This document shows positions 1 to 13,900 of a stretch of DNA of 62,684 bases, one piece after another; the first letter of the stretch is position 1, and every line of letters begins with the position of its first letter. The position numbers were made by a program, and so were the translations under genes. A model generated the notes under the pieces. It was given only the letters and a program-made list of their open reading frames with translations, made no database searches and had not been told where the DNA came from. The stretch comes from Catajapyx aquilonaris (Eukaryota), in the NCBI GenBank assembly GCA_000934665.2, contig KZ538550.1:1-62684 (forward strand), written 5' to 3'.

Positions 1-329
1 TCGCAGGTCTTCTACATCGTGTTTTGTCGTCAATTTTTACACCAACGAGAGTATACGAGTGCTTATAGCTTATTTCCAACCTCTGGGGCTTTTATTGACA
101 TATTTCCGGCACTGCCTCGATCTACCGTATTGTACAATACAGTATCGAGTTTCGCTGTCGACTCGCCAGGTGGCAGGTCAGTCGATTGGCGACACGGTTG
201 CTATGCTACCAGCTGTTTTTTCCACTCTTCCTAGTATAAGCTCTTTGAATATGACTGTAAGGCATCAGCATATTAACGACCAGTAACAGTTTTGGTCAAA
301 TATTTGTTTTACCTATTTACACGATTATG

Positions 330-632
330 TACGAGTATGCTTTCAAATATGAAGAGCACTCCTGTACGCGGTGTTTCGTAAAGCTACTTGATTACTGTCG
401 GTATTTTCATCTCGATGCGTCGAGATGAGCATTTTGTCCAGTTATTCCCGGAATGGGGGTCTGAATATGCACATAATACATTTTCCGATATGTCCAGACA
501 ACAACCTGTACAACGATGGCAAGTTTTTCGCTTTGAAATCGTGCACCCATTTCACGGAATAATGCGCGCGACACCAACAGCCAAATTATGACTTTAAAAA
601 AGACACACATTGTTACTTTTCTCAACCCAGTA
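330..632. mobile_element. Heavily decayed mariner-derived non-autonomous element (tentative)
   Basis: Starts TACGAGTATGCTTTCAAA and ends GTTACTTTTTCTCAACCCAGTA, resembling degenerate mariner TA-flanked termini. Internal QQPVQRWQ resembles the mariner transposase C-terminus (KLVxRWxKC). The termini pair poorly. Confidence 0.3.
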
Positions 633-1629
633 CTGATCGCTGCTAATGAACGATTAATTGCCTATTAACGCCAAATTAACCAGATACATGTGATATCGGA
701 AGAAAACTGCCACTATCTCTTCCTGGAAATATTAGCCCCACTCATAACTCCAGAGGTAATACATCAGCATTGAAGCCCCATGAACCGCGATATCTGTATT
801 TCCCGACCCATACCTTTTTAAAAAACCTCGCTGGACAAAAAAGCGACATCTGTCTGCTGAACCGACCCAGCCACTCCCAGGCTGCTCCGGAGCAATGGAC
901 CTGCCTGAGGAAAGCAAGTGCCTAACTCGAAGGGCGATACAGCTAAATGGAAAATGTCGTGCGGGTAACAGGGTTTCCATCCGTCCCCTCACCGGAGTCC
1001 GACATTAATCAAGGAAGTCCATCGAAGTCTGGCCAAAGGAGGCGGCCGTGCAGGTCCTGGTCCCAATGGGACAAGGCAGCCAGGCTAATCAAGGCAGCAC
1101 TCCCCTTGCACCTTCCTGCTGCTAAAGGCCAGGCCCAAGACTTCCCGCCCTGGATTAATCAAAGCCTCTCATCCGTTAACAAGCAATCGGGGCTCGGATT
1201 TAGTTCACATCGGCACGCGTTACACATGTCTCCATGCCTGCTGGACGGGTGGTACCAGCAGGTGGTACAGCATTGTACCAAAACGCGCATTCACACCTGG
1301 CCTCCCGCGCAAACAAGATGTTTCGTAATGATGCAAACTCCTGGATCATATTCTGGAGGTGTCGTCTGACCTTCGCACCCTCGTTACCCAGATAGTGGGC
1401 TTCAAACACAGGGTATCAAATATCCTGGTAGGTCCACCTACAGGTGTTACCACGCAATTTTAATCGACACCAGCCAGCACCAGCCTTATGGAAACCCCCG
1501 TGAGCTCAGTTCTTCCCCCATCCAGGGGAATTGCCGATCCGGCGCTGCGCTGGTGTAGTCTTGACACCATGGTCTTAGAATACTAAGGTCTGGACACTCC
1601 CACTTATCACCTGCCCTACTACTACATGC

Positions 1630-1685
1630 GCTACATGCGGGCCCAACATGGCCGCCGGCGACCATGTTGGGTCCCCCAATGTAGC
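1630..1685. repeat. Short imperfect inverted repeat (hairpin)
   Basis: GCTACATGCGGGCCCAACATGG pairs with CCATGTTGGGTCCCCCAATGTAGC around a 10-nt loop; perfect 10-bp core CCCAACATGG/CCATGTTGGG. Confidence 0.6.
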
Positions 1686-2546
1686 CCTTCCCTTTTGTAC
1701 CTATAAAGTTCAGCCTAGTCCGGTAGGGTCACCACATAATAGCTCCGTGAAAGGCCTATGGCGCACTCAGGTGAGCACCTCATGCAAAACGCCCCGGCAG
1801 GCGATAAGATAAGATTGTAGGGGAAGTGTCCGGGGGCTGTTTGACACTCTCCGAGCGACGGTGGTGGTCGTGGCGGAGGACTACTGAAGCTGCCTCTAAA
1901 AGCAGCGATACATCGATATGTTTCGTATCGACATATCTACAACTTTTAATTTGAAATTGCTCGGCAACACCCGCATTTAAAATGGAAATTGCCGAGACAG
2001 TGTCGTAAGATGTATTCGCGACATGATGGACGCGAGTTTGAATCATTGTGAGGCACCCGGTATATTTTACCAAATGGACGCAATAAAAAAACCACTTCCG
2101 GATTTTATTTAAAACTACTACGTGTAGGCGATACTGCAGGCGAACATCCAGTGCATGTGTTGTTACTGACATGTTGTTAACTAGTTCCTTCCCAACGGGG
2201 GGACGCTGAGTATAGTACTTGCAGTTCACACCGCAACCCAAAAACTGCCGGTGTACAAAGTTCGAGTATGACAGTTTCCCCCAGAAATAGCCATTAGCAA
2301 AGCGAACACGTTAGTTCTTTTTTTTTTTTGTATAAAATTCGATCGCAGGGTCCCCCCGCGTATCTAGGTTCCCGATAGAGATATGTTCAGAATGCCTGGG
2401 GAACAGCAAGCTACTGGANTTCAAGGTACTGCTACGAACTTTTCTTTTACTTTTCTTCCTGAAATGTGCTTAGGATAGATAAGGAATCAAGTTGGCGGGC
2501 AGAAGGCCGATAAGAGTGGGGTGCCAATTTCCGCGGACAATTTCCT

Positions 2547-2624
2547 TCCTCCAAAAATGGTCAGAAAGTTGACTTCCGCCTCCCCATGAGCCATACTCCA
2601 ATTCCCGAAGATATCTGGCAACAT
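2547..2624 (-). pseudogene. Possible decayed R1-clade LINE ORF2 shard
   Basis: Minus strand reads MLPDIFGNWSMAHGEAEVNFLTIFGG, reminiscent of the post-RT segment of R1-type elements (LIPDI..W..RKHGEVNF.LTQFLSGHG). Short and recognised from memory only. Confidence 0.25.
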
Positions 2625-4923
2625 GTCTCTCTTAATGATCTCTTAATTACGGGGCTCCCTCAATGGGATTTGATCCTCCCCAACTAACAGCTGGCCATAT
2701 CTGGCTCCTTTTTTGTTTGTTCTCCATGTTTTGATACTAGAAGTTTGGGCCAAGCCTGGTTCATGAGATCCAATCTTGGCAGCGCAGGAGCAAACGATTG
2801 TTCGATAAACATTTTAATTACCAGGCGGGCCCCTCGGATTGGCGGCTTCCTTTTGCCTGTGGGATCCCATTCAACAACTGCATCCACATTTTCGCCTCAA
2901 AGCCGATTCTCCCTTGTTTGCACGCTCAAAAGGCACCCATGGTTTTGTACCACGAGGCACTCACTTGTAAGTGTCAGCCGTTTTTCCCCAAGTCAGGTTA
3001 TAATCTGATCCGTGGGTGAAGCACCGCTTTTGTGGGAGCCTTCCCGCAATTCGCCACAAGTCAGCAATCCCCAGATTACGTAACAAGCTTGAATTTGGAA
3101 CTCACATTGATTCAAGTTGTGTCCGAATTAATACACCGGCATACTCGTAAATCCTCTAAGCTTTCTCTGGACCGTTGTGAATGTTCTAACGAGTCAAGTG
3201 GACAAACCTGCGGCCTGAAATATTGGCGGCACGTCCACAACTTGAAACCCGGATTCTTTTTTGTGCGGGCAGCTGTAGAATGAACTGCGAGATAAATCAC
3301 CGCTGATCCTTTAGCTGCAGCCCAACATGAACTTTAAAAAGATGCCAAATCTCTGGTTGCTAAGGAACGGCGTCCATCATTATCCCTGTTGGTTTCGCCA
3401 CGTAACATTATTACAGTGTCTGCCTAAACGCTGGACGTCAACCCTAGTCACACGGTAACGTTGTGGTATTTCCCGCGGCATCAGGTTTACACTACTTGAA
3501 CCCGACATCCGCCATCTCAACCTGGCAACTGTCGACGACCATGGTTCCGATGAAGAATGGAGTGAAAACGGAGCTTGCCAACTTGATACCGTTCCCGTTT
3601 ACACGACACAGGCTGACCAGTCAGTATGCAGGCTAGTCCCAGTTTTTACCACATCACCTGAAACACGGTGAGGTGGAATCACCCGCAGACCGTACAGGTT
3701 ATGTCTGATGCGGAATCACCCTTCTGGGTCGTTACGGCTAAAAAACCGCAAGGCTGATGCGAAACTCCAGGGTGATCAATTTTTCCCTCTAAACTGAATA
3801 GCGAGACACTAAAATGGCAGATATAGGCAATTTCCGCTTTTAAGACTTGGAGGCTGAATGCTCCTAGACGGCCCCCCAGCAGATCAAGTCCTAAGGATCA
3901 CACCCCCAAGGCCTCTCCCATTTTGGACGCCGCCGTGTCGTTCGAATGGCTTATTTCTCCCTGACTCGTTCACCCAACACTAATGCATTTTACCCTTGAT
4001 TGCCCGGATAAATTGTCCGAGTATTCCCCGCCAGATGCGATTACTTCCTCCCGGATTTCATAGCCCGTCAGTTGCACAATAATCCGACTTGACAATCCCG
4101 ATCGGTTTGGCCCAAGCTGGATCGAGTTCGTGACCTCGTCTCTTCGCCTCCTCGCTCGTCGAACAATCAACCTGGAATATGTCCGCCAGCCGCTAGTGTC
4201 GACACCACAACAGAGAGAGACTCCTGCAGGATCTTTCTCATACAAACATGATGCAAGAATGGAGCAGGTACAGTCCGGAAAGTTTTATTCTGGTCTCCCG
4301 TTCTAGTTCCATTATGCGCCATTAGAGTGCACTATAGGCGACACTTGATAGCTCTTTGAGTTATGTTTATCTTTCCACAGCACAGGCACAATCTAGCCCC
4401 CCTCCGTCAGGTGGACAACATTGCTAGATTGTGCTTGTAAATTAATAATAAAAAATACTCAAAACTATGGCTTCTTGTGGCACAATGGAACTATCGCGGA
4501 AGACCCGAATAAAACTTTCCCTACTGTACGTTGCCTTTCGAACACGATGAAAAAGATACACAGCAGCCAATTATGTCCCCTATTGGCTCAAAGTCGCCCT
4601 CAGGGAAGGTAGGCCTGTTCGTTCCAAACTAATTATCCCTAGCTCCACTTTTTAGTGCACATTAACATGCCCACACGGTATGCTATTACACCGCACGTAA
4701 TTTCCATTTTTGTAATGTACTGTATAAATTGTTTTGATACATAGATCGGCAGGATACTCCTAAATGGCAAGAACCCTTTTCATAATGAATAGAATCCTGA
4801 CGTGTCCCAGGGCGAGGTAACAGTTTGATCCGCAGGCGTGGACAGTACAGTAGACAATAAGCGTGTCCTCATTTCTCAGTCGCAGGCATTGTCGGAGTTT
4901 GAATTCCCCGCTCGCAGCCAACA

Positions 4924-4959
4924 TGGAAGGTAGGGTGGGTGTGGAAGGTAGGGTGGGTG
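4924..4959 (+). repeat. Tandem duplication of an 18-bp G-rich unit
   Basis: TGGAAGGTAGGGTGGGTG occurs twice, exactly, in tandem. Confidence 0.9.
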
Positions 4960-7900
4960 AGGAATGGTTCCCAAATCCCCGAATCCTTTTTCTGACCGCC
5001 CAATAAAAAGGGAACATGGAAGAGGCGTGATCGTTTTGAGCGCCAACAGGCTTTCATTTAGGGCCAGGGTCTTTTCCAACTGCACCGAGATGAACCTACA
5101 CCATGTCAAGTTGGCTGCCTGGCCTATTTTTGGTTCCAAGCCGGATTTGGCATGTTCCGTTGACCCTACCACCACCGCCGCACCGCCGTTTCCATCATCC
5201 CTAAGCATGCGGGGTCCTTCTCTCTCATACAGTACATGCACGATGCACTAGACTGCTTCCTTTCAGTGGAACCAACCCTGACTCATCCCCAACCTGACAC
5301 TCCCATAGGAATGGCCAACACACGAAATTCGGGCTTTTTATAGCCGGTTCGCAGTGGGATATATGGAACGCATTGATCCGATGCTGGAGAGATTCCTAAC
5401 GCCTCCAAACCTGCCTGATTCGATGGCGCGGAATCACTCTCTTAGATTTAACCAAGTGTCAGTCTTAACAACGAATTAGCAACCGAGTATCCCTAGCCCT
5501 TGGCTTGGCAAACAAAGCCGCAGGATCAGATTACGAGGGTGCTTCAAAAGTCTCCGGAACGCCATTTCCAGCTCAAGTGCAATCCCCCACTTAGGCAACG
5601 TTGCCCAATAATGCGGGAAGAGGCCACTCAACCAGCATCACTAATGCAGGAGTCGACAAAAAAATGAAGAAAAGAAAAGGAAAAAACCAAGGGCGAAAAA
5701 CGGAGAGACGCCCAACCAACCCGGATTGTACGTGCTTGGCAGTGTTGTTGCGATAATCCGGTTAATCCAGGCGCCATTCTTCCTCGCTCTCTCCGCAACT
5801 TTTATCCGGAAATTAAACTTACCACCTGGAGCTTCGCCCCATAACTTCAACTTGGAGGCAAACACGCCAATAAACCTTCGAGGAACCTCCGCAGATTATT
5901 GCTTTAAAGCACCTTTGTACTTGCAATTTGGGTTCGAATTGTCTGCGACCTCTGCCGGCCTCATTCACCTCCCCATCTGCATTCAAGGTCTGGTACTCAC
6001 CTAAAAAGAAACAAAAAAAGAGGCGATTGTCATTATTATACACAAGGGTGACTTCGACCTAAAATATACCGACAGTTATTAGGCTATTTCATTTTCGTGA
6101 AAATATTGAACCGTGGTACGGAATGGAAATTGAAATCAGAATAATGGATAATGGAGCATAATAAGGGAAATGAGGCATTTAAAAAAAAGGTACGCAGTGT
6201 TACGAAAACAAAGCTGATGTCGCATGTAAATTAAACTCCGAAATGGCTATTAGTTGTGGAGATCTGAGAACCCCCAGCGTATAACACAAACGACGTCGGT
6301 AAAGGGGCAGCAAATTGTCGAAACAATCGTCCGCAATGTACTCGCAACGCTTCAAAGTACATCTCATTCCTGCGGTTGCCTCCCTCTCCTATCCCTGTCG
6401 TCTTTTCGAGTGTCATGTAAACGTGGAGTGTTGACCAAAGAGGGGAAAAGTCGGATTCGACAAGATTGGAGTTTCCGTCCACGTCTACCTTAATTTGGGT
6501 GTAGTCCGGCGCCAGTTCCTAATGGGCCCAAGCGAATTTCAAGCCCGGGCAGGCGACGAACCAATTCCCCATCCAGGGGTGAAGAGGGCTTGAAGGGGGG
6601 GGGGGGGGGGGNGGCAAGACACGTCTCCAGGGCAGGATTGTGGGCAAATGGCAGCCTTTGTTCTACCCTAAGTGAAGATTTGGTACACTCAAGTGTGACA
6701 CCTTTTTTTCTCACTAGCTCACGAATCGCAACTTTGATTAACACTAGTCTTCCGGGGTAATAAGACGCAAAAAGTGTGTCAGGCCGCATCTCTTGGGGCG
6801 GGAAGCGTAATCTCTGGAATATAAGTCCAGAAAACCAGATTACCGAGGGACAACGTCCTCACCGCCCGTGCCTTGAAATCAATATCGCTAGAAAAAGGTT
6901 GGCCTCTCTGCACATTCCCCGTAATGGTGTGAAGGGATAATAATTTATCCTTGGAAAAACGTGGTCAATATTGTAGGGATGGCTGAGAACCAAGAAGCTG
7001 GGACTCGGCCAAAGTTAGCCCCTGCGCTTTATGTGATCCGCTGGACAATAACGCCGTTTGGGTTGCAGACCACATTAGGATAAACTCTATACCCGCGGGC
7101 ACTACCAGAACAAGTGCGGCAAGTTCAGCTTCCGTAATAATAATTACTACGCAGCGTAATGAGAATAGGGGCTCGTCTGGAACTGCATATGTATGCAAAT
7201 CAGGGTCGGACATTTCGACGATGTTCACTCAAGATTCCCCATGATTTGCATGGGGTATTCACCGTCTAAATGTACAGATTCGCCTGATGAAAATTAAGCT
7301 GATGACAATAAAAGAACAATGTCGGGTGACTGATGCGCATAGCCAGGTTGCGCGGCCTAAAAAAAAGCCAGCTTCAAGTATGCCTCTCCATAATAAAGCC
7401 TCTTTCTTCACGATCCTCGCACCATCCAATAAAAATATCTGCAAAACATCTTCAAACATTGGAAGGAAAGGGGAGGGGGGATTCAGGAGATGATGATGGC
7501 CTGGGGGTGGGGTGGAGGTTCCTGAAGCCAATTTGCCATCCTCATATTCTGCCACGAAAACGCTCCATAAGGCCCGAGAGCTAGCCACAGGCACTCCAGG
7601 GAGCAGAATAAGGTCGGTAATAGTCGTGGCCGATCCGCAAGACCGTCCTAGGGCTTACGATCAAAATAATCCTGCGCAATGTATGCCTCGCTTCGTGATA
7701 AGAGCCTTTATTTTTTGATACAATTTTGCTGCGAAAGATGCATGCTACACGAACGATGTTACGTGCTTGTTGCTCTACAGTTGCATAAAGATACAAAGTA
7801 AATAAAAATAATGCCCACACTGGGCGACCAGAACAAAAAGGTGGGCGCCCCCAGGCAATTCCTCTGCTTACTAGCCTGGTTTCCCAACTGCCCATGCGGA

Positions 7901-10900
7901 CATTCCGCAACGCGTTCATATCGTTTATACTAGGACCACACGAACTCGCAGACCATATATGATACAATTTTATGGCCAATTTAATGTGAATGTCGCATTG
8001 CAAAAAACCGGGATGTAACATTAATCCGATGAGCGAATTATATCAATGATAATTCTGCAGGCATTTATATGGTGCGAAAAGTTTATCCCACCTCACCTGG
8101 AATAATGGAGCTAAATAAAACGCCGACTTTTGACCTTATTCGTACGAATTTTATTAAAAGTATCAATTGAAACTTGTACTCAAAAACAAATTTTTGGCCG
8201 CAAATTCTATACCTTGGCTGCAGAGCATATAAACATGATTATGCAAACCGGAGCAGTAGTCAAAATAATGTCGAAGAGCCGCAGCTATTCTTGGCTGGCA
8301 TCAGGGCTACTTGAGCCGCTTGCCAGGCTGGGCTCGTCTGGTTGGGAAGCAGGCTTTTAATTATTCTGAATCACGTGATCTGAAATTATACGGAAACGTG
8401 AGCGGAAATGATCCGGGGGCATAATCCGTCGGATAACATTGAAAAGTATCGCCCCCTGATGAGCGCTCAGCCAGAAAACGATTCTATCTAATACCCAGCC
8501 GGATTATAATATCCCCATGGTCGATAACAGGCTGCAACCGCACAAACAGAAATTGGCGCTGCTGGAAAACGACACTAGTGCAACACGGTTGGTTGACAGA
8601 CCTGGTGCAGCGGCATCAACTCGGGAAAAACCCACTGGTTGGATAGATCAACAGAAATGGCTGGCTGTCAGAACCAACTGGACTTATGCCGCTCTATGCC
8701 CAGCCGCCGCTTGTAAATGCATCCGCCTCTCTGCCCTCAAGGCACACGCTGGGATTACTCCACTCAATGTGTGCTCGCAATTCCTACCGAAAACCAGCTC
8801 TCATATCTCGTTATCCGAATCACAACTTCATACGATGGCATGTATAGGGTACGCTCTCTCCCATGCAACATGTGCCTTCCTTCACCGAAAGATGGGCCAA
8901 ATACAAATCTGGGACGAAAAGGGTGTGAATCACGAATGAAAACCCCCGATGGCTCGTACATAACTCTTCCCTAACTTTCCCAATTCTTTCTACCGTCGTT
9001 TCCCAGGAGCCTTTAAGACAAGGCGTCCAACGGAGCCAATAAATCACTAATTTTCTCCCTTCCGCGGACCAGGGCTGAAAATACGCAATCTGCCCCGCAT
9101 AAGCTGCTCACATAAATATCACCTATGTAATATGCCTGGCCACAACAATCCTTCGTCAAATTTCACATGTCCAGAATTTTTTTCTATATTACCCCGTGAT
9201 AGGGCCATGGGCCCTTTTAGGGGGGAAAGGGAGGGGACATGTCTAGAATTATGCCATGTCAAAAAATCACTGCGGCATATACCCGTATACAGTATAACAA
9301 TGACGCCGTATTATCCTCGTGTTTAATTATGCAATATTAACAGACAGACAATTGTGGAAACCCTGAGGGTCAGTGATCCTATCATTTGAAATATGTATGG
9401 CTAAGTTTTAAGGTCGACTGCTGACCCCTCAGGTGTCCAGGTCAGTCCAAGGCTATCAGAATATGGGTGGCAGGGACAGGATGTACTGCACTTCCTGATC
9501 AAAGCTAATTACCTGAAGCGATGCCGACCGAACGACACCGGAACGCCTCCAATTCAACCTATAATTTTAGTTATGGAACACTCTCATAAATAGAGGCTTT
9601 CAGTATCATAGTAATAACGTGCTCCTTCCTTCCAGGGATCTAAAATGGCCTAGACCAAAAGATTAAGCTGACGCAGATAAATAGATTGCTCGTGTACCCG
9701 CCCTCATTGCTTACAGGAAAAAAAAAGTTGGGATGCAGCGGGATGCTGCATAATACGGAGGCAGAACATCCCCCATCAATCATAACTATTTCCCTTTTTA
9801 ACATCACGTGCACTACTTATGTATTCACCAAACGCTGCACAATAATTGGATGGAAGTGCTGTTGTTTGTGTTTATCAAAACAAGCCCGCAGTGTGTACTC
9901 GCCAGTCCACGGCTGGATGCGGTAATACAGCATGTGTGGCATATAATGACGGACAATGATACGAATTGTATTTTGCATATCAGGTGGCAGCAGCGCTACA
10001 CCAGGCATTAGGAGTCTGTTTCAACCGGCTCTCGTGCACTCTGGCCCCTTTCATTATTCATCCCTCTCTTGCAGATGAAGGCGGCGCATGGCAAGAGGGT
10101 CACCGGATCAAGAAACTCTCGGGATCTCCTTGACCGGCAAATATGCCAGCTAGTCGATCAAACACTATTTTTAACTACAGTCTAGATGAAGGTTGGATCC
10201 ACCCAGGCGTCTTACCAATTGGCCATATGTCGGGTATAGCAATCAAGCACTTCCAGATTGAGTTACATTCCATCCGGTTTGAATTGCCGGCAGCCCCCTG
10301 CGAATCGGGTGCCAGATTCTACCCTGGCGGTACAAAGCTTCCAGTCTTATTTAATATGCTGCCAGTCCTGCCACAAGCAGGTCGATCGCGCAGACAGAAT
10401 ACCGTCACGCATAATAGTGCGTTGAGTGCCGCTGAAACCTGCATCCACCCGTATTTGAGTCCAGCCAAAAATTCGTCAAAGGAAAAACCTGCCAACCATT
10501 CTGCACTCCAGCTGAAAGCATGTACACGCCAGCCTTTTTTTTTTTTTCATTTTATCAAACACTCAAAAAAAGGGCCGAGACTAAGTCCTAGGCTGGTATT
10601 TGATTATGCTTCATTATCAGAATCTAAATGCATGTAGGTGCCAAAACCTGGTGGATATAGCCTCAAACTGGCTTCATAGTCCGGCGCAGGCAGCGAGGGG
10701 ACTTATATACATCTGCAGCTGTGAAGCTCCCCCACCCCCTCCCAACCTGATCAATACCTGGACTTGGGAAGGGGATGGGTGGGTGGGGAGAAGAGGAGGA
10801 GGTGGAGGAGGAGGAGGAAGGGCTGTGGAAATGCTGTCCTCATTGTCATCTGAGCGTGCCCAGCCGCAGATCAGTCGCAACCAGATCTAAGACAGGTCAC

Positions 10901-13900
10901 GCCCTGCTTTTCATCAAACACTAGATACCTTGTACCAGGACTGTACAATGAACCTTTTGAAACCCGCCCCCTCCAGGGATACTTCTATTAGCCTGCACTC
11001 GGATTTTAAAGGGGGGGAGGGGGGGGGGGGGAGGCGGACAAATACTTCCGGGAACACGAGGACAGAACAAAGGTAGAAATATTGGACAGGTTTTTGTCAA
11101 GTTTCTTTGAATCTAGTCATACGACCTCCCACCGAACATCTTATTACTATTTCTCCCCAGCGTGTTTTCACCGATACCAGCATTTTCCTCGTTTAATTAT
11201 ATATCAGTTAAATTTGCATCATTTTGAGCGTTGCGTGCTGGCAGATTTCCACACCGGATATTTACCATTAGGCTACCGTTATTCATTACTTTATTATCCG
11301 GCAGAGTAGTGGGGCAAGTTAATGCAAATTGCAAGGGACATGCTGATGCAGTGGGCAAACATGCCAAAACTGAACCATAAACCCCGCCAGACCAGCCTCG
11401 AATAATACGCGTAATAGTGCAAAAAAAAAGGGGGAGGGGCGCCCTATGTTCACAATTATATTGCGGATATTTGCATATACTAATATTTCACTGAGGGCCT
11501 CCGACATCTGAATTTGCACTACCTTAATGAAAATGGAGCTTACATGCTTTTGGAACAAGTCCAAGAACCGACCGACACATATGCATTCAGTGGGATCCAA
11601 ATTTGGGTTATTGAATTTTTACTCGCTCTTTATATCCCTCATAAATGTTGATAATACTCGACGTGAAATTCCGACTTCAGACTTTTATTCCCTCCGATTT
11701 TATAAGGCCTACTCCTCGTTTGTAACATACCCCGGATAAAATGTGGTTTCCTCGTGCAAAAACCTATATACATATAGGCTGTTTTCTGCTCGTGGCTATA
11801 TAACTCTAAAAATGATATTATCAATTATTATAAAACGGTATGCCAGTAACATCAGGGGGACACTAATCGGACTAGATTTTTGAAATACCTAATCTTGTGG
11901 CTGGATATCAATTATTATTACTGCACTGTTACTCCTGGGCAGGCAGATAATATCCAGCTTACTGTCTAGGATAGAGGTGCATGAAACTATAAATACTCAT
12001 TAACCTTACAATGCAGCACAATCACTGTGATGACCTGTGGGTCAAATAATAATACGCAATAATATTAAATTTGCATCGTGCCTTTCATATGGAAATGCTC
12101 CCTATAGAGATCCGGCGGTATTCGGTCTTTGCCACCGGCTGATTTATAATGGATGGTTACATGAATCCCTAGGCCAAGACTGCATACAAGACACCGGCAG
12201 AATCCGATAGCCCTACGCCATCTACTCGGAGATTCAACGAGATAGTTTGGGTTGTATTGGGACCTGAACAGAGACCACCACCATATTGGATTTGTCCAAT
12301 GGCCCTTCCAGAGCCACAGGAAGGCCTCCCCAGCACTGGTTCAATCATTTTGGAATCTCCTCATTTTCTGAACCTGAGAAACTTGAATCTGCTTTGGACT
12401 GGATTACACCTGAGCAGACTAGCTCATACCGGCTTGGATTGGATTAACCTAATATATGGTACCAAGAGAGACTAGTTGAGACCAGCAAAGGCTTCTTGAA
12501 ACTGGCTGAAACTACCAGCCGAGAAACTTGGGGCATATTAATTCGGCCATCTGAATTTCATCGGGATCGTTGGTACAATGTCGGGAAAAGCGGTCACGCA
12601 ACGTAGTTCAAACTGCAGGAACCAATCACCTGCACAGGGCTGATTGTGCTCATTTCCAATAGTTTTCTAATAGGCCGGCATTCCCCCAGCTGATTGCTCG
12701 AGTTAAGCAAACAGCGATGCGGTTCGCTTATGATTAATGTGACAGATGTGCACACCGGCCACTGTTATCATATCGTTCCATTTAATGGGCACCACCGTTT
12801 GTCGCAAACATCGAGCCAGAGGAAAATGAATAGCTGACCCAAACCTGCCACCAAAAACATTCGTCCGCACAACCTCATGATTATGGTCGACCTTAGGTTA
12901 CACTGCCCATTGCAAAGATCTCGTTTGCAATTAACCGATTCTCGCCCATGCACATTAGACCATCCCACCCTGTTTTCCCTACTAGGTGTCCACTAATGAT
13001 GTGAATTTGACGCCAGTTATTTTGATGTCCACATGTAGGTATCTGCGATGTCTCCCAGAAGAGCAAGTTGGGCCAATTTCAAACTGGATTGTGTTTCTCT
13101 ATGGCTAGGTTATATTTGAATAACTAGAGGCAACCTGGGATATAACAGAGGGACTACTGCAGTGTGGCAACAAATGGCGGCCAAAAGTGGATTAGCCGGA
13201 TTTTAGGCTGCAAGCATGCAACGCTTCCATTACAGGCTTAGCTGAATGCAATAGAAGGCTTGTTTTTCCCAACAGAGGACAGGCAAAACCCCCGCCCCCT
13301 TGATGGGAAAGGGGGAACAACTCAAAATGAAATTACACTTGGCGACATTCTCAATAACACATTTGAAGGCCGGCTGTAATCCCAACCAAAGCTGAACCGA
13401 CACTATCAGTTATAGTCCCCCACAGCCAGAATGTGTATCGACAGTCCGAGTGACCAAACTGGGATGCAGGTCCGATTCAATTATGTCACCTGATAAATTG
13501 ATTATCCCTACCTGATTATCAAGTGGACGACCTGGCTGTCCCCTAGTGGAAACCAAGCGTCGAGCATCCCTGTCCAAGTAAGCAACACGTAGAAGCTCTT
13601 TTTACCCTGCTCATATTCATTTACGGAAAATGGTTGGGGTTGGGTGGATCATCCTCAGTAATCAATTACCGCTATCCCATACTGGCTATTGGGAGAGGGT
13701 AAATTGAAAAGGGATATGAATAGCGGTCAGGTACACGACAATGCCAAAACCTCCATTAGCTGGCGGATGCATCAACCCCACAAAAGTACGCATCCAAACA
13801 TTTTCTTAGTCTTGTGTTCGACAGCGTTAGTTTTTCATTCGGCCACAAAGCCATCTTGCTGCTGCTATGATACTGCATTCAACCCCTGGTGTTATACCCC

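Noticed and set aside
1200..1409. Possible Gypsy integrase shard (AFWYNAVP)
   Set aside because: Only a few residues resemble it and there are no other pol motifs or LTRs nearby.
10050..10135. Splice-acceptor-like site TCCCTCTCTTGCAG (AG at 10073-10074)
   Set aside because: No convincing donor or recognisable peptide follows, and such sites arise by chance.
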